Below are positions 41,917-51,740 of a stretch of DNA of 64,000 nucleotides, piece by piece (the first letter of the stretch is position 1; each line of letters opens with the position of its first letter). Under the pieces are notes generated by a model, which made no database searches, had not been told where the DNA came from, and worked only from the letters and a program-made list of their open reading frames with translations. A program made the position numbers and the translations under genes. Source of the DNA: an uncultured Verrucomicrobiae bacterium (GTDB taxonomy: Bacteria > Verrucomicrobiota > Verrucomicrobiia > Chthoniobacterales > JAFAMB01); assembly GCA_963837955.1 (NCBI GenBank), contig CAWIPH010000002.1, positions 256,001 through 320,000 on the forward strand, read 5' to 3'.

Positions 41917-42357
41917 GTGATCTCTTTCCCCGTCTCTGAAAAGAAAGCGAGGGCGCTCCAAGAAAAGATGCAGGCTCTTGGCTGCCGGGAGAATGAGTTG
42001 GAGGAGACGTTCTTTCGGAAATCCGGAGTAACGATCTATCACCCGCCCAGCGGGGTGCGAGTCCGCTGCACCCGAGAGAGGAGCCAAGCACTTAACCGAT
42101 TTTTGGCTCGGCGAATCCTAGTTGAAGAACTTGAAGCACGGCGTCTGAACAAGACGCGACATGAAGTCAAAGCGGAGGAAATCCGTCGACAAAAAGGGCG
42201 GTTCGTTCCTCCCACCATCAGAGAGCAGATGGATCGGTTTCGCATGCAGCCGATCAATCCGCATCAAACCCCTACCTCTAAGGCGATTCGGTCCCTCTTG
42301 GAGCAATGGCAGCCGCATCACGATCCCCCACGAGGGGATCGCTTGAATGCAAGCTGA
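41917..42357 (+). CDS. Peptide chain release factor-like (RF-1 domain) protein lacking GGQ
   Basis: LEETFFR..., HPPSGVRVRCTRERSQALNRFLARRIL, basic tail IRRQKGR. Confidence 0.8.
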   Translation: MISFPVSEKKARALQEKMQALGCRENELEETFFRKSGVTIYHPPSGVRVRCTRERSQALNRFLARRILVEELEARRLNKTRHEVKAEEIRRQKGRFVPPTIREQMDRFRMQPINPHQTPTSKAIRSLLEQWQPHHDPPRGDRLNAS

Positions 42358-42421
42358 TCTCAGTGGTCGATCCTCTGGTGTGGGCGCCTTCTGATTTACG
42401 CAAAGGCGGCAGAATCGATCC

Positions 42422-42772
42422 CTAGCGATTCGATTGCGACATCGAACCGGCTTTAACCATTTCCGCCTGTTTAAGAACCGGGGAAAGCTTGGCGACCTTT
42501 TGCCTCATAATCTTTCCGGACTTAAACTTAACGGTCGCTCGAGGCGGGATTTTGAAGCTGCTGCCGGGCTGGTTCGGGTTGCGACCTACGCGCTCCCTGG
42601 TTAATCGGACCTCGAAAATGCCAAAATTCCGGAGTTCTACATCCTCTCCTCTCGCCAGGCTGTCGGTGATCAAGTCGAGTGTTCTCTGCACGACTTCAAA
42701 AACCTGATGTTGGACCAATCCGGTATCGTTACTAATCCTTACAACGATTTCCCGTTTCGTTAGGTTTGCCAT
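42422..42772 (-). CDS. HU/IHF family DNA-binding protein
   Basis: LTKREIV, VELRNFGIFEV, RVGRNP, VKFKSGK. Confidence 0.93.
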   Translation of the reverse strand: MANLTKREIVVRISNDTGLVQHQVFEVVQRTLDLITDSLARGEDVELRNFGIFEVRLTRERVGRNPNQPGSSFKIPPRATVKFKSGKIMRQKVAKLSPVLKQAEMVKAGSMSQSNR

Positions 42773-43019
42773 TTGGAATCCTTTCGCGTGATCAATTTCC
42801 CGGGCTGATCGGCAACCCGAATACCGTCAGCGCTCGACTCGCAACTCTCGGGCGCTGAGAACCTTCCGCACTATCCATGAGAACGACGGCCAGGCAAGGG
42901 ATTATCTTCTTCTCTTTGTTTCCTTTTGTCCGGCAAGAATCAGAATCTCTTTTCGTCCTCGTCTCCGATGGAGATGGCCATTTACGGTGATATACGACAA
43001 ATAGCGAACGGAGACCGGC

Positions 43020-43958
43020 TTATTTGTCATCCGTCAGTTGGTGTTTGCGACTTCCTTCGAGTACCTCGGCCGACGTACGGAAATGCATCTTGGCGACCTT
43101 CGGCAGAATTTCGGCGCCACGACTCCTTACCAGTTCTTGGGCGACTGCTTTCACATTGGCGGAGACGCCCTTCGGCAACAGAATCCCGAGCTGTTTACCT
43201 TTATTTTCAAGCCAGGAGACGAATTTTTCTCGAGCCAGAATTGAAGCAGCGGCGACTGCCACATCCGCCTCTGCCTTCGTTTGCTGTTCGATCTGGATTC
43301 GTCGTCCGGCATCGAGCAGGGAACGCAGAATTACCCGCTCATTAGCGAATTTATCGGAAAGCGAACGGTTGCAGTCGGGCCGCTCCTTCAGCAGATTCTC
43401 GATCACCCGGGCGTGTCCCCAGCCAAGCAAATCGTTCAAATTCCCGAAGCGGGCATAGAGCTCATTATAACGTTCCGGGCCGATAAGTACTACGTTGTGC
43501 GTCATACCCGGAGTATGCCGAATCGATTCTGCGAGTACTTTGATTCGCTGGTCGGAACCGATACGTTTACTATCCATCACACCGAGATCTAAGACTCTTC
43601 GAGCGATCTCGCGGTCGACATAGGCGCCCGCGATCACCAGCGGGCCAAAGAAATCGCCTTTGCCGCTTTCATCTACGCCAAAGTGAGGCTCGAACATTTG
43701 TGGCTGGAGGATTTCCTCGTAGCCCAGGCGAACTTCCCCCGTAACGAACGGCTCGAGCTGGAAGCGAACGAAATCTTCCGTCTCTTTTCCTTGGATCACG
43801 ACCTTGGGTCCCTTTTCAAACACCGCAACCGTCAGTTTACCTTTCTGAGCGAAGAAGATCATGTAAGGTCGTTCTTTGAACTCGAAATTCTGCTCCAACA
43901 GGAGAGCTCGAAGTTTTTCCGTTTGTTCGGTGGTGAGAGCGGACGAGTACGCGTTCAC
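43020..43958 (-). CDS. rnhC: Ribonuclease HIII
   Basis: N-terminal KVVIQGK domain, GVDESGKGDFFGPLV, MDSK, VAAASILAR, KMHF; start placed at GTG 43958. Confidence 0.92.
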   Translation of the reverse strand: MNAYSSALTTEQTEKLRALLLEQNFEFKERPYMIFFAQKGKLTVAVFEKGPKVVIQGKETEDFVRFQLEPFVTGEVRLGYEEILQPQMFEPHFGVDESGKGDFFGPLVIAGAYVDREIARRVLDLGVMDSKRIGSDQRIKVLAESIRHTPGMTHNVVLIGPERYNELYARFGNLNDLLGWGHARVIENLLKERPDCNRSLSDKFANERVILRSLLDAGRRIQIEQQTKAEADVAVAAASILAREKFVSWLENKGKQLGILLPKGVSANVKAVAQELVRSRGAEILPKVAKMHFRTSAEVLEGSRKHQLTDDK

Positions 43959-43967
43959 TCTTTCAGA

Positions 43968-44978
43968 ATGAGACAGTTCGGTTTGGAAAGCACGGAGTTT
44001 CGCGCGCTGCTTATTGCCTGGTACCAGCGCGAGGGACGAAAGCTGCCTTGGCGTGAATCCGCGGACCCCTACCGAATCCTCGTATCCGAGCTCATGCTTC
44101 AACAGACCCAGGTTACTACCGTTCTCGACTACTATCGCCGGTGGCTTTCCCGGTTTCCCACTTTGGCCATGTTGGCCGCTGCCGATGAGCAAGAAGTTTT
44201 GCGAGCGTGGCAAGGTTTAGGATATTACAATCGGGCGAGAAATCTCCACCGCTGCGCTCAGCAAGTCATTGAGAGCAGAACCGGCCGACTCCCCGAGACC
44301 GTTGCTGACTTGGTGTTACTTCCCGGGATTGGACGCTACACCGCCGGAGCCATCGTCAGTTTTGCTTTCAATAAACCCGCACCGATCTTGGACGCCAACG
44401 TGACTCGCGTGCTAGCCCGATTGATCAATCTGCAAACGAACGTCGAAACGGCGGCCGGGAAACGAATCCTTTGGGATCTGGCGGAAAATCTAGTCAAGGA
44501 TGAAGAACCGAGGCTCTTCAATTCCGCCATCATGGAGCTGGGCGCCCTGCTCTGTTCACCTCGAAATCCTCGTTGCGTTCTGTGCCCAGTCCAAAGTTTC
44601 TGCCGCGCGATAGACCCCGACTCGCTTCCTCGAAAACGCCCGCGGCCCGCGACCCAAAGAATCCAAGAAAATTATTGGTGGATTCAGCGGGGCGAACACA
44701 TCTTGCTGCGGCGGGCGTCGGGGAGACGTTGGAAAGGACTGTGGACTCTGCCACCCGCTGCCGAAATTCGAGAGAGCCAGGTAGCGCTGTTCCAAATGCA
44801 CCATCCGATCACGAAATATATCGTCTCCCTAAACGTTTTCCTGGGTGCGGTCCCGGAGCGGCTTCGGGAAGACTTGAGCTGGCAGACCGTTGCCTCGCTG
44901 TGCGATCTGCCGATGCCGTCCCCACATCGGCGTGCAGCGGAGGCGATTCTACAGATCAAGAAATCTTCAAATCCGTAG
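43968..44978 (+). CDS. mutY: A/G-specific adenine glycosylase
   Basis: RKLPWR, VSELMLQQTQV, WQGLGYYNRARNL, LPGIGRYTAGA, DANVTRV, Fe-S Cys motif; start placed at ATG 43968. Confidence 0.95.
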   Translation: MRQFGLESTEFRALLIAWYQREGRKLPWRESADPYRILVSELMLQQTQVTTVLDYYRRWLSRFPTLAMLAAADEQEVLRAWQGLGYYNRARNLHRCAQQVIESRTGRLPETVADLVLLPGIGRYTAGAIVSFAFNKPAPILDANVTRVLARLINLQTNVETAAGKRILWDLAENLVKDEEPRLFNSAIMELGALLCSPRNPRCVLCPVQSFCRAIDPDSLPRKRPRPATQRIQENYWWIQRGEHILLRRASGRRWKGLWTLPPAAEIRESQVALFQMHHPITKYIVSLNVFLGAVPERLREDLSWQTVASLCDLPMPSPHRRAAEAILQIKKSSNP

Positions 44979-45177
44979 TGGACCGTACCAGTGAGCCAAA
45001 TGGTGATAACAGGTTACAAATGAAAATAATAAACAGCGATTTGGCATCTTTCGTTTGGAATTTGTCATTCACGATCCATCGCTGGAATGCCGGGATAATT
45101 GTTCACAGCTCATTTAGATGAGGCTCATTTGCACTTGATTAGGGCGGGGGAGACCAGCGAGTTTTGCGAACGGTATT

Positions 45178-46389
45178 ATGCACACTTTGATTTTGCCCTA
45201 CCAACAACCTGATGCAGAGGGTCATTTCGGCTCCTTCGGAGGTGTTTTTGTTCCGGAGACCCTCATGCCGGCGATCGAGCAACTGGGAGCCGAGTACGCC
45301 AGGGCGAAAAACGATCCGGAGTTTTCTTGGAAACTAGATGAATTGCTGCGCACTTTTTGTGGTCGCCCCACTCCTTTGTACTTTGCGGAACGGCTTACCA
45401 AGGCCTTAGGCGGCCCGCGCATCTATCTGAAGCGTGAAGATTTGCTGCACACCGGAGCGCATAAAATCAATAATGCTGTAGGGCAGGCACTGCTGGCGGT
45501 TCGAATGGGCAAGCGAAGACTGATTGCGGAGACCGGAGCGGGTCAACACGGCGTCGCGACAGCGACGGTAGCTGCTCGGTTCGGTCTCGAATGCGTCGTC
45601 TATATGGGAAAAGTGGACATGGAACGACAAGCTCTCAATGTAGCTCGCATGGAGTTTCTGGGTGCAACCGTGGTTCCTGTTACCGCCGGCCAGGCTACAC
45701 TGAAAGAGGCGATCAACGAGGCCATGCGAGACTGGGTCACCAACGTTCGAACTACGCATTATCTTTTAGGAACCGCGTATGGTCCGCATCCTTATCCAAT
45801 GATGGTAAGAGACTTTCATCGGGTAATCGGCGAAGAAACAAAACGGCAAATCTTGGCGGTCGAAGAAAAGCTGCCAGATCTCTTGGTCGCGTGTGTGGGT
45901 GGTGGCAGTAATGCGATCGGATTGTTTTATCCTTTTTTAGAAGATGAAAACGTTCGAATGGTAGGAGTGGAAGCCGGTGGCCGAGGCATACGACCCGGAG
46001 AGCACGCCGCGAGATTTCAAGGGGGGCGCCTTGGTGTGTTGCAAGGCACCAAGACGTTTTTATTGTGTGATGAAGATGGGCAGATCCAGGGAACGCATTC
46101 GGTCTCGGCCGGGCTTGACTATGCCGCAGTTGGTCCAGAGCACAGCTATCTGCGCGAAATCGGTCGCGTCGAGTATTCTTACGCGACGGACGACGAGGCG
46201 TTGGCCGCGTTCCAGCTCCTGGCCAAGACAGAAGGCATACTGGCAGCACTGGAGTCAACTCACGCCCTGGCTTACATAACTAAACACGCATCCGAATTTT
46301 CCCCGAGTCATGTGGTCGTTATCAATTTATCCGGACGAGGAGACAAAGATGTGCAACAACTTGCTCGTTTTCTTCAAACGAAAACGTGA
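45178..46389 (+). CDS. trpB: Tryptophan synthase beta chain
   Basis: [51 protein letters not shown]. Confidence 0.98.
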   Translation: MHTLILPYQQPDAEGHFGSFGGVFVPETLMPAIEQLGAEYARAKNDPEFSWKLDELLRTFCGRPTPLYFAERLTKALGGPRIYLKREDLLHTGAHKINNAVGQALLAVRMGKRRLIAETGAGQHGVATATVAARFGLECVVYMGKVDMERQALNVARMEFLGATVVPVTAGQATLKEAINEAMRDWVTNVRTTHYLLGTAYGPHPYPMMVRDFHRVIGEETKRQILAVEEKLPDLLVACVGGGSNAIGLFYPFLEDENVRMVGVEAGGRGIRPGEHAARFQGGRLGVLQGTKTFLLCDEDGQIQGTHSVSAGLDYAAVGPEHSYLREIGRVEYSYATDDEALAAFQLLAKTEGILAALESTHALAYITKHASEFSPSHVVVINLSGRGDKDVQQLARFLQTKT

Positions 46390-46479
46390 AAGAGCCTGTT
46401 ATTATCGGCCGTTTTTAGGTCCCCGGGCGTCTGCGCTTTCTCGGCGGGAGTACGGTTCATTGATGGTTCGTTTGCTCCT

Positions 46480-47088
46480 GTGATCAGGATACCCCGAGAG
46501 ATTCCGTTAATGGTTCTTTCGAACGCTGTGCTGTTTCCGCACTCGCTCTTGCCGCTTCATATTTTTGAGAACCGTTATCGCCAGATGCTGGCGCATTGTC
46601 TGGACGGCCACCGCATGTTCTCGGTGGCGCTGATGCGTGATGGGATCACAGAGCCCGACTCACTGGAGGATATTTGGCCAGTCGCGGGGGTCGGGCTAAT
46701 TCGCGCCTGTGTTGGGAACGATGATGGAACCTCCAACTTGGTCTTGCAGGGACTTGCCAGGGTAAAATTGGTCGACCTGTCGCAGGAGCAACCATTTCGA
46801 ATTGCGGAGGTCGAACTGCTGCAACCGAATCGGGGAAACCTAATCGAAGCCGAAGCGCTCTGTGTCAAAGTGAAGGAACTGTGCTCACAGGTTCAAAAAT
46901 TAGGTGTACGCCTGCCGGTGAACTTGATGGAGCAGATGCAACACATCGACGATCCTGAGGTTTTGTCGGACGTGGTATCGGCTGCTTTTATCAGTGAGCC
47001 GAACTCGCGCCAACAGCTTCTGGAAACCGGCGCTGTTCCAGATCGTTTACGCTTGTTGATTCAGTTATTGCGCAGCCAGGTAAGTTAG
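46480..47088 (+). CDS. Lon N-terminal substrate-binding domain protein (no protease domain)
   Basis: VLFPHSLLPLHIFENRYRQM, DGTSNLVLQG..R, RQQLLE. Confidence 0.88.
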   Translation: MIRIPREIPLMVLSNAVLFPHSLLPLHIFENRYRQMLAHCLDGHRMFSVALMRDGITEPDSLEDIWPVAGVGLIRACVGNDDGTSNLVLQGLARVKLVDLSQEQPFRIAEVELLQPNRGNLIEAEALCVKVKELCSQVQKLGVRLPVNLMEQMQHIDDPEVLSDVVSAAFISEPNSRQQLLETGAVPDRLRLLIQLLRSQVS

Positions 47089-47201
47089 TGCGCCACTATC
47101 CGAATGATAGATTTGATGCCGTAGCCAGCTCCTAGCTGCCCACCGCAAAATGGGTTGTCATTCGGCAGCGAATGAATTAATCCTCATTCACGCATTCTCT
47201 T

Positions 47202-47591
47202 ATGAGCCGCCACCAAATATTCGCATGTCTTGCCGCTGTAATCTTAGCGCTAGTTTCTTGCGACTCGAATCCGGGGACTCAAACGAAAAAAAGTGCCGGG
47301 CACGGACCTGTTCCGACACCACCTGCCGTAACCGTGATGCCAACGGCGACACCCACTCCGGTCCTCGTCCCGACGCCGACTCCGGCGCCGGATGTGAGCA
47401 ATGTACCGAACCCAGCGGCAACTCCGAGTGCCCAGCCGGAAAACTATCCGACGGCCACAAAAGTGCCGGGCAAACCGGGACGGGTGATAAGTCCCTATGC
47501 TCCCAACGCAGGCGAGGTCGATGTTTCTGGTTACCCTCCTGGTGCGGAGGTACGCGATCCTTATACCAACAAGATCTTCCTGGTCCCTTAG
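47202..47591 (+). CDS. Proline/threonine-rich lipoprotein
   Basis: Lipobox LVSC, PT-rich linker, compact C-terminal domain [11 protein letters not shown]...[24 protein letters not shown]. Confidence 0.8.
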   Translation: MSRHQIFACLAAVILALVSCDSNPGTQTKKSAGHGPVPTPPAVTVMPTATPTPVLVPTPTPAPDVSNVPNPAATPSAQPENYPTATKVPGKPGRVISPYAPNAGEVDVSGYPPGAEVRDPYTNKIFLVP

Positions 47592-47655
47592 TGCACCGAT
47601 CGTATAGTGGGCACACCGGTATTGACGGAATAGATTGCTGTTGGGCAAGTCCTAT

Positions 47656-47682
47656 AAAGGATGCATAAATGCGTCCTTTTTT
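47656..47682 (+). terminator. Intrinsic terminator-like hairpin between the lipoprotein gene and tyrA
   Basis: AAAGGATGCA-taaa-TGCGTCCTTTTTT. Confidence 0.7.
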
Positions 47683-47710
47683 CGCAACTCGACTTCATGT
47701 ATTTCAAAAT

Positions 47711-48550
47711 ATGGACGAGTTGACAATCGGCGTAGTTGGCGTGGGCCTAATCGGTGGTTCGATTGCACTCGGTGCTCAGAAGGCCGGATTTTCGGTCGTA
47801 GCCTATGACCGGCACGACACTCCTGCCGAGTCGAACTTGGGAGCCGTGATCCGGTGGGCAGACACGATAAAGGACGTTGCTTCGGCAAGTGACCTCATTT
47901 TTGTCGCCACACCGATCTCCACAACACTCGCAGCGGCCGAAGCGCTGTTGAGCCATCTCAAGCCCCATACGATTGTCTCAGAGGTGGCGAGCACAAAATC
48001 GTCGATCGCACCAGAGCTTGCTCGAATGCTATCGTCTCGCTGCAGATACATTCCCAGCCATCCGATGGCCGGCTCCGAACGTTCCGGATGGCAGTCGGCC
48101 AATCGCGAACTCTTTGAGGGAGCGGTGACCGTGGTTTGCGACGATTTCTGTGAGGACCCGGGGGCAATAACCGTTGTACGAAGTTTCTGGGAACGGCTAG
48201 GGAGCACCACTCTTGTGCTCGACGTGGCGACCCATGATCGGTTAGTTGCAGCTGTCAGTCACTTACCGCATCTGCTGGCAGCGTTGCTGGTCGCAGATGT
48301 AAGCGACTCGGCCGAACAGGCCCTGCAAGTTGCCGGCCGCGGTTTTCGCGACCTGACTCGGATTGCATCTGGAGATCCTTCTCTTTGGACCGAAATCTTG
48401 CTTGCGAATCGAGCCGAGCTGCTCAATCACTTGCTGAGATTTCGCGGCCAGATCGATGAAGGAATTCAACTGCTGCAGAGAAACGACGCGAAAAACTTGC
48501 AAGCGCTTCTGAACGCGGCGAAAAGGAACCGCGACAAATTGTCCGGATAA
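47711..48550 (+). CDS. tyrA: Prephenate/arogenate dehydrogenase
   Basis: GVGLIGGS, VASTK, HPMAGSE, HDRLVAAVSHLPH, GFRDLTRIA; start placed at ATG 47711. Confidence 0.93.
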   Translation: MDELTIGVVGVGLIGGSIALGAQKAGFSVVAYDRHDTPAESNLGAVIRWADTIKDVASASDLIFVATPISTTLAAAEALLSHLKPHTIVSEVASTKSSIAPELARMLSSRCRYIPSHPMAGSERSGWQSANRELFEGAVTVVCDDFCEDPGAITVVRSFWERLGSTTLVLDVATHDRLVAAVSHLPHLLAALLVADVSDSAEQALQVAGRGFRDLTRIASGDPSLWTEILLANRAELLNHLLRFRGQIDEGIQLLQRNDAKNLQALLNAAKRNRDKLSG

Positions 48551-48556
48551 GGAACT

Positions 48557-49909
48557 ATGGCCAGCTTAAACGTTTTTCGGGCTCCACAAATAGAAGCGGA
48601 AATAGTTGTCCCCGGTGACAAAAGCATCTCTCACCGCGCAGTACTTCTCGCAGCAATTTCCAACGGCACCTGCGTTATCAAGGGATTCCTCTCGAGCCAA
48701 GATTGCCAATGCACGGTCCAGGCTATGCGTTCGCTCGGCATCCTCATCGATCAGCCGAATGAGACCTCTTTGATGGTGCACGGCCAGCGCGGTAAATTCC
48801 AACCCTCTTCAGAACCGATCGATTGCGGGAATTCAGGAACCTTGATGCGGCTGATGTGCGGATTGGCTGCCACGCAGCCGTTTGAGACTGTCTTAATTGG
48901 AGACGCATCGCTCTCTTCTCGACCGATGCGTCGCGTGATTGAGCCTCTCACTCTCATGGGTGCATCGATCGAAGCGACCGAAAGCGGTACCGCGCCATTG
49001 AAGGTCAGAGGTGGAAGTCTTTATCCCGTGACCTATGAACTGCCGGTGGCGAGCGCTCAAGTGAAAAGCGCAATCTTGTTGGCGGCACTCGGCGCTCCCG
49101 GAAAGACCGTGATTATCGAACCCATTCCGTCTCGCGATCATACCGAGCGCATTTTGAATTATTTCTTGATCGAAACGAAGCGGGAAACGTCTCCGCGGGG
49201 ACAGGCAATTTCTATTTATGGCGAACAAATTGCTGAGTCGCGCGACTTCTCCGTTCCGGGCGATTTCTCTAGTGCGGCTTTCTGGATGGTCGCTGCTGCT
49301 GCTCAGGAAGGATCCAGCCTTTTGGTGCGAGATGTCGGTTTGAATGAAACTAGAACTGGCGCTTTGGCCGTTTTATTGAGAATGGGCGCACATGTTCGTG
49401 AAGTAGTTCAGGATACCGAAAAAGGTGAGCCGCGCGGTGAGATCCACATTCAAGGCACGCGCCTCCACGGAACGGTGATCAGCGGACAAGAAATCCCCAA
49501 TCTCATCGACGAGATCCCGATTTTGGCTGTCGCCGGTGCCCTGGCCCAAGGCAAGACAATCATTCGGGATGCGCATGAATTACGCGTCAAAGAGACGGAT
49601 CGGCTGGCAGCGATCGCTGCCAATCTCACCGAAATGGGAGTGGATGTCGTCGAAACAGAGGATGGATTGGAAATTAACGGGGGAGCCCCACTAATGGGTG
49701 GCCGGCTGAAGAGCTACGGAGATCATCGCATCGCGATGGCTTTCGCGATCGCTGGTATGTTCGCCGACGCCGAGACGGTGATTGATGATACCGATTGTAT
49801 TGCGACTTCGTATCCTGGATTCGAACAGCAGCTTGCGGCTTTCCTGGACCCATCTCATGAGCAACCGACGCCAGTGATTAACCCGGCCGGAGTCATTGAA
49901 AAACATTGA
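48557..49909 (+). CDS. aroA: EPSP synthase
   Basis: PGDKSISHRA, GNSGTLMRL, SAQVKSA, RDHTER, LIDEIP, ELRVKETDR, DHRIAM. Confidence 0.98.
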   Translation: MASLNVFRAPQIEAEIVVPGDKSISHRAVLLAAISNGTCVIKGFLSSQDCQCTVQAMRSLGILIDQPNETSLMVHGQRGKFQPSSEPIDCGNSGTLMRLMCGLAATQPFETVLIGDASLSSRPMRRVIEPLTLMGASIEATESGTAPLKVRGGSLYPVTYELPVASAQVKSAILLAALGAPGKTVIIEPIPSRDHTERILNYFLIETKRETSPRGQAISIYGEQIAESRDFSVPGDFSSAAFWMVAAAAQEGSSLLVRDVGLNETRTGALAVLLRMGAHVREVVQDTEKGEPRGEIHIQGTRLHGTVISGQEIPNLIDEIPILAVAGALAQGKTIIRDAHELRVKETDRLAAIAANLTEMGVDVVETEDGLEINGGAPLMGGRLKSYGDHRIAMAFAIAGMFADAETVIDDTDCIATSYPGFEQQLAAFLDPSHEQPTPVINPAGVIEKH

Positions 49910-50580
49910 ACGAAAGATCCGGTTTTTCGGTAATTGCCATTGATGGACCGGCCGCCTCCGGGAAAAGCAGCGTGGCTAGACTGCTAGCTAGCCACTTGGG
50001 CTTTTCCTATGTGAATAGCGGCTTGATGTACCGGTCGGCAGCGTGGCTGGCTCACCTCCGACGGGTCAATCCGGATCACACCGACGCGGTCTGGCAAGCA
50101 CTTCAAAGTGCCCAACTAGACTTTGGACTAGAAAAGAAGGAGTTATTCGTACGCATTGATGGCGTGAATCCCGAAGCTCACCTGAAAGAAGAGGTCGTAA
50201 ATCGGACCGTCTCAGCCGTGGCTACTATCTCCGAAGTCCGCGAATTTTTCTCTGATCACCTTCGGAAATTTTCGGCGCTCGATAATGTCGTCATTGAAGG
50301 ACGTGACATTGGGTCGGTTGTTTTTCCGAAGACGCCCTTCAAATTCTATATCGACGCTTCTCCCGAAATCCGAGCGCGTCGTCGCGCCGCTCAGGGATTA
50401 AAGGATAGCCCCGCTCATCGTGACCGGATTGATTCCTCCCGGCGTTCCTCACCACTAATCGTTGCCGACGACGCGGAGGTGATTGACACCTCATCATTAA
50501 CTATCGATCGCGTGGTTAAAGATATTGTGACCCGTTTACAAAGAAAGGGGTTGGCTTCCGCATTGAACGTGAATTTATGA
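49906..50580 (+). CDS. cmk: Cytidylate kinase
   Basis: IAIDGPAASGKSS, SGLMYR, EGRDIGSVVFP; TTG start overlaps the aroA stop. Confidence 0.95.
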   Translation: MNERSGFSVIAIDGPAASGKSSVARLLASHLGFSYVNSGLMYRSAAWLAHLRRVNPDHTDAVWQALQSAQLDFGLEKKELFVRIDGVNPEAHLKEEVVNRTVSAVATISEVREFFSDHLRKFSALDNVVIEGRDIGSVVFPKTPFKFYIDASPEIRARRRAAQGLKDSPAHRDRIDSSRRSSPLIVADDAEVIDTSSLTIDRVVKDIVTRLQRKGLASALNVNL

Positions 50581-51197
50581 CTCCTCTCTATTGGGTTGGC
50601 TACACCTTATGTAACCTGATTGGTAAACTGGCGTTCGACTTTCGGGTCTACGGTCGCGAGAATCTTATCGAGGAAGGGGCCGCGATCCTCGCTTCGAATC
50701 ATCAAAGTTACCTGGATCCGCCATGTATTGGAATGGCACACCGCAATGATATTTATTATCTCGCTCGCAGCACGCTCTACCAGCGACCGGTGATCGGGCC
50801 CTTATTGAAACGATTGAACACCGTTCCCGTCGATCGAGACCGCGGGGATGTGAGTTCGATCAAAGCAATCATCCGACTTTTGCGAGCTGGTCATCGTGTA
50901 ATCATTTTTCCGGAAGGTACCAGGTCTACCGACGGGAAGTTGCAGCCGGCCCGCGCTGGCTTGGGAATGATCATCGCCAAAACGTTAGCGCCGGTTGTTC
51001 CGATCCGAGTATTTGGGAGTTTCGACGCGCTTCCGCGGACCGGTGGCATTAAACTTAAGCCGGTTTCCGTTGTTGTCGGGAAACCGATACGATTCAGCGA
51101 AGATGATCTGAAAGGCGACCGTGAAGTCTACCAGGCCTTGAGCAATCGCGTGATGGAGAGGATCGCCAGCCTAGAATTGCCAGCTGGCGCACGCTAA
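50577..51197 (+). CDS. plsC: 1-acyl-sn-glycerol-3-phosphate acyltransferase
   Basis: NHQSYLD, FPEGTRS. Confidence 0.92.
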   Translation: MTPLYWVGYTLCNLIGKLAFDFRVYGRENLIEEGAAILASNHQSYLDPPCIGMAHRNDIYYLARSTLYQRPVIGPLLKRLNTVPVDRDRGDVSSIKAIIRLLRAGHRVIIFPEGTRSTDGKLQPARAGLGMIIAKTLAPVVPIRVFGSFDALPRTGGIKLKPVSVVVGKPIRFSEDDLKGDREVYQALSNRVMERIASLELPAGAR

Positions 51198-51267
51198 TTT
51201 CGTGTCCCTAACACCTCGGCATTCGTTCTCGAACAGAACCGTAACCTCGCTGGCGCAACGCCACGTT

Positions 51268-51717
51268 TCACCGTTCTTGAGTTCGGCGCTGGATGGTAAT
51301 TCTCTTAACCCGCGCATCGTCATTCGGGCTAAAGCTCATTACCTCGGGATCGCCGGTCAATGCGTTATGAACAATGCGCCGGTCGTAAGAGTTCATCGGC
51401 TCTAACTTTACCGGCCGTCCGGTGGCTCGCACGGTTTCGGCGATTTGTTTTACTCTTTGCCGGAGCTTATCATCGCGCATGGCCCGCCAATGGCCGACAT
51501 CGACTTGAACCCTTGGAGCGTTCCGATCTTGGGACTGCAAAATCCGATTCAGAAGAAATTGCAGGTCTTCCAATGTCTCCCCGTGGGGTCCGATCAAAGC
51601 TTCGTTTTCGGCAGTAAAGACCTGCAGCTGCTTACCGGTCTCGGTCTCAATCTCCTGAATATCGACAACAAATCCCAGATGACCGAGCATGGTATCAAGG
51701 ATCTCTCTAGCATCCAT
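51268..51717 (-). CDS. KhpB/Jag-like RNA-binding protein (KH + R3H only)
   Basis: LIGPHGETLEDLQFL (KH), LEPMNSYDRRIVH (R3H); downstream of yidC. Confidence 0.88.
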   Translation of the reverse strand: MDAREILDTMLGHLGFVVDIQEIETETGKQLQVFTAENEALIGPHGETLEDLQFLLNRILQSQDRNAPRVQVDVGHWRAMRDDKLRQRVKQIAETVRATGRPVKLEPMNSYDRRIVHNALTGDPEVMSFSPNDDARVKRITIQRRTQER

Positions 51718-51740
51718 AGGAGGGACTACACCTAGATTTA

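Noticed and set aside
43683..44213. Apparent 531-bp antisense overlap of rnhC and mutY in the ORF track
   Set aside because: Artefact of longest-ORF start choice; recognisable homology begins near 43958 and 43968
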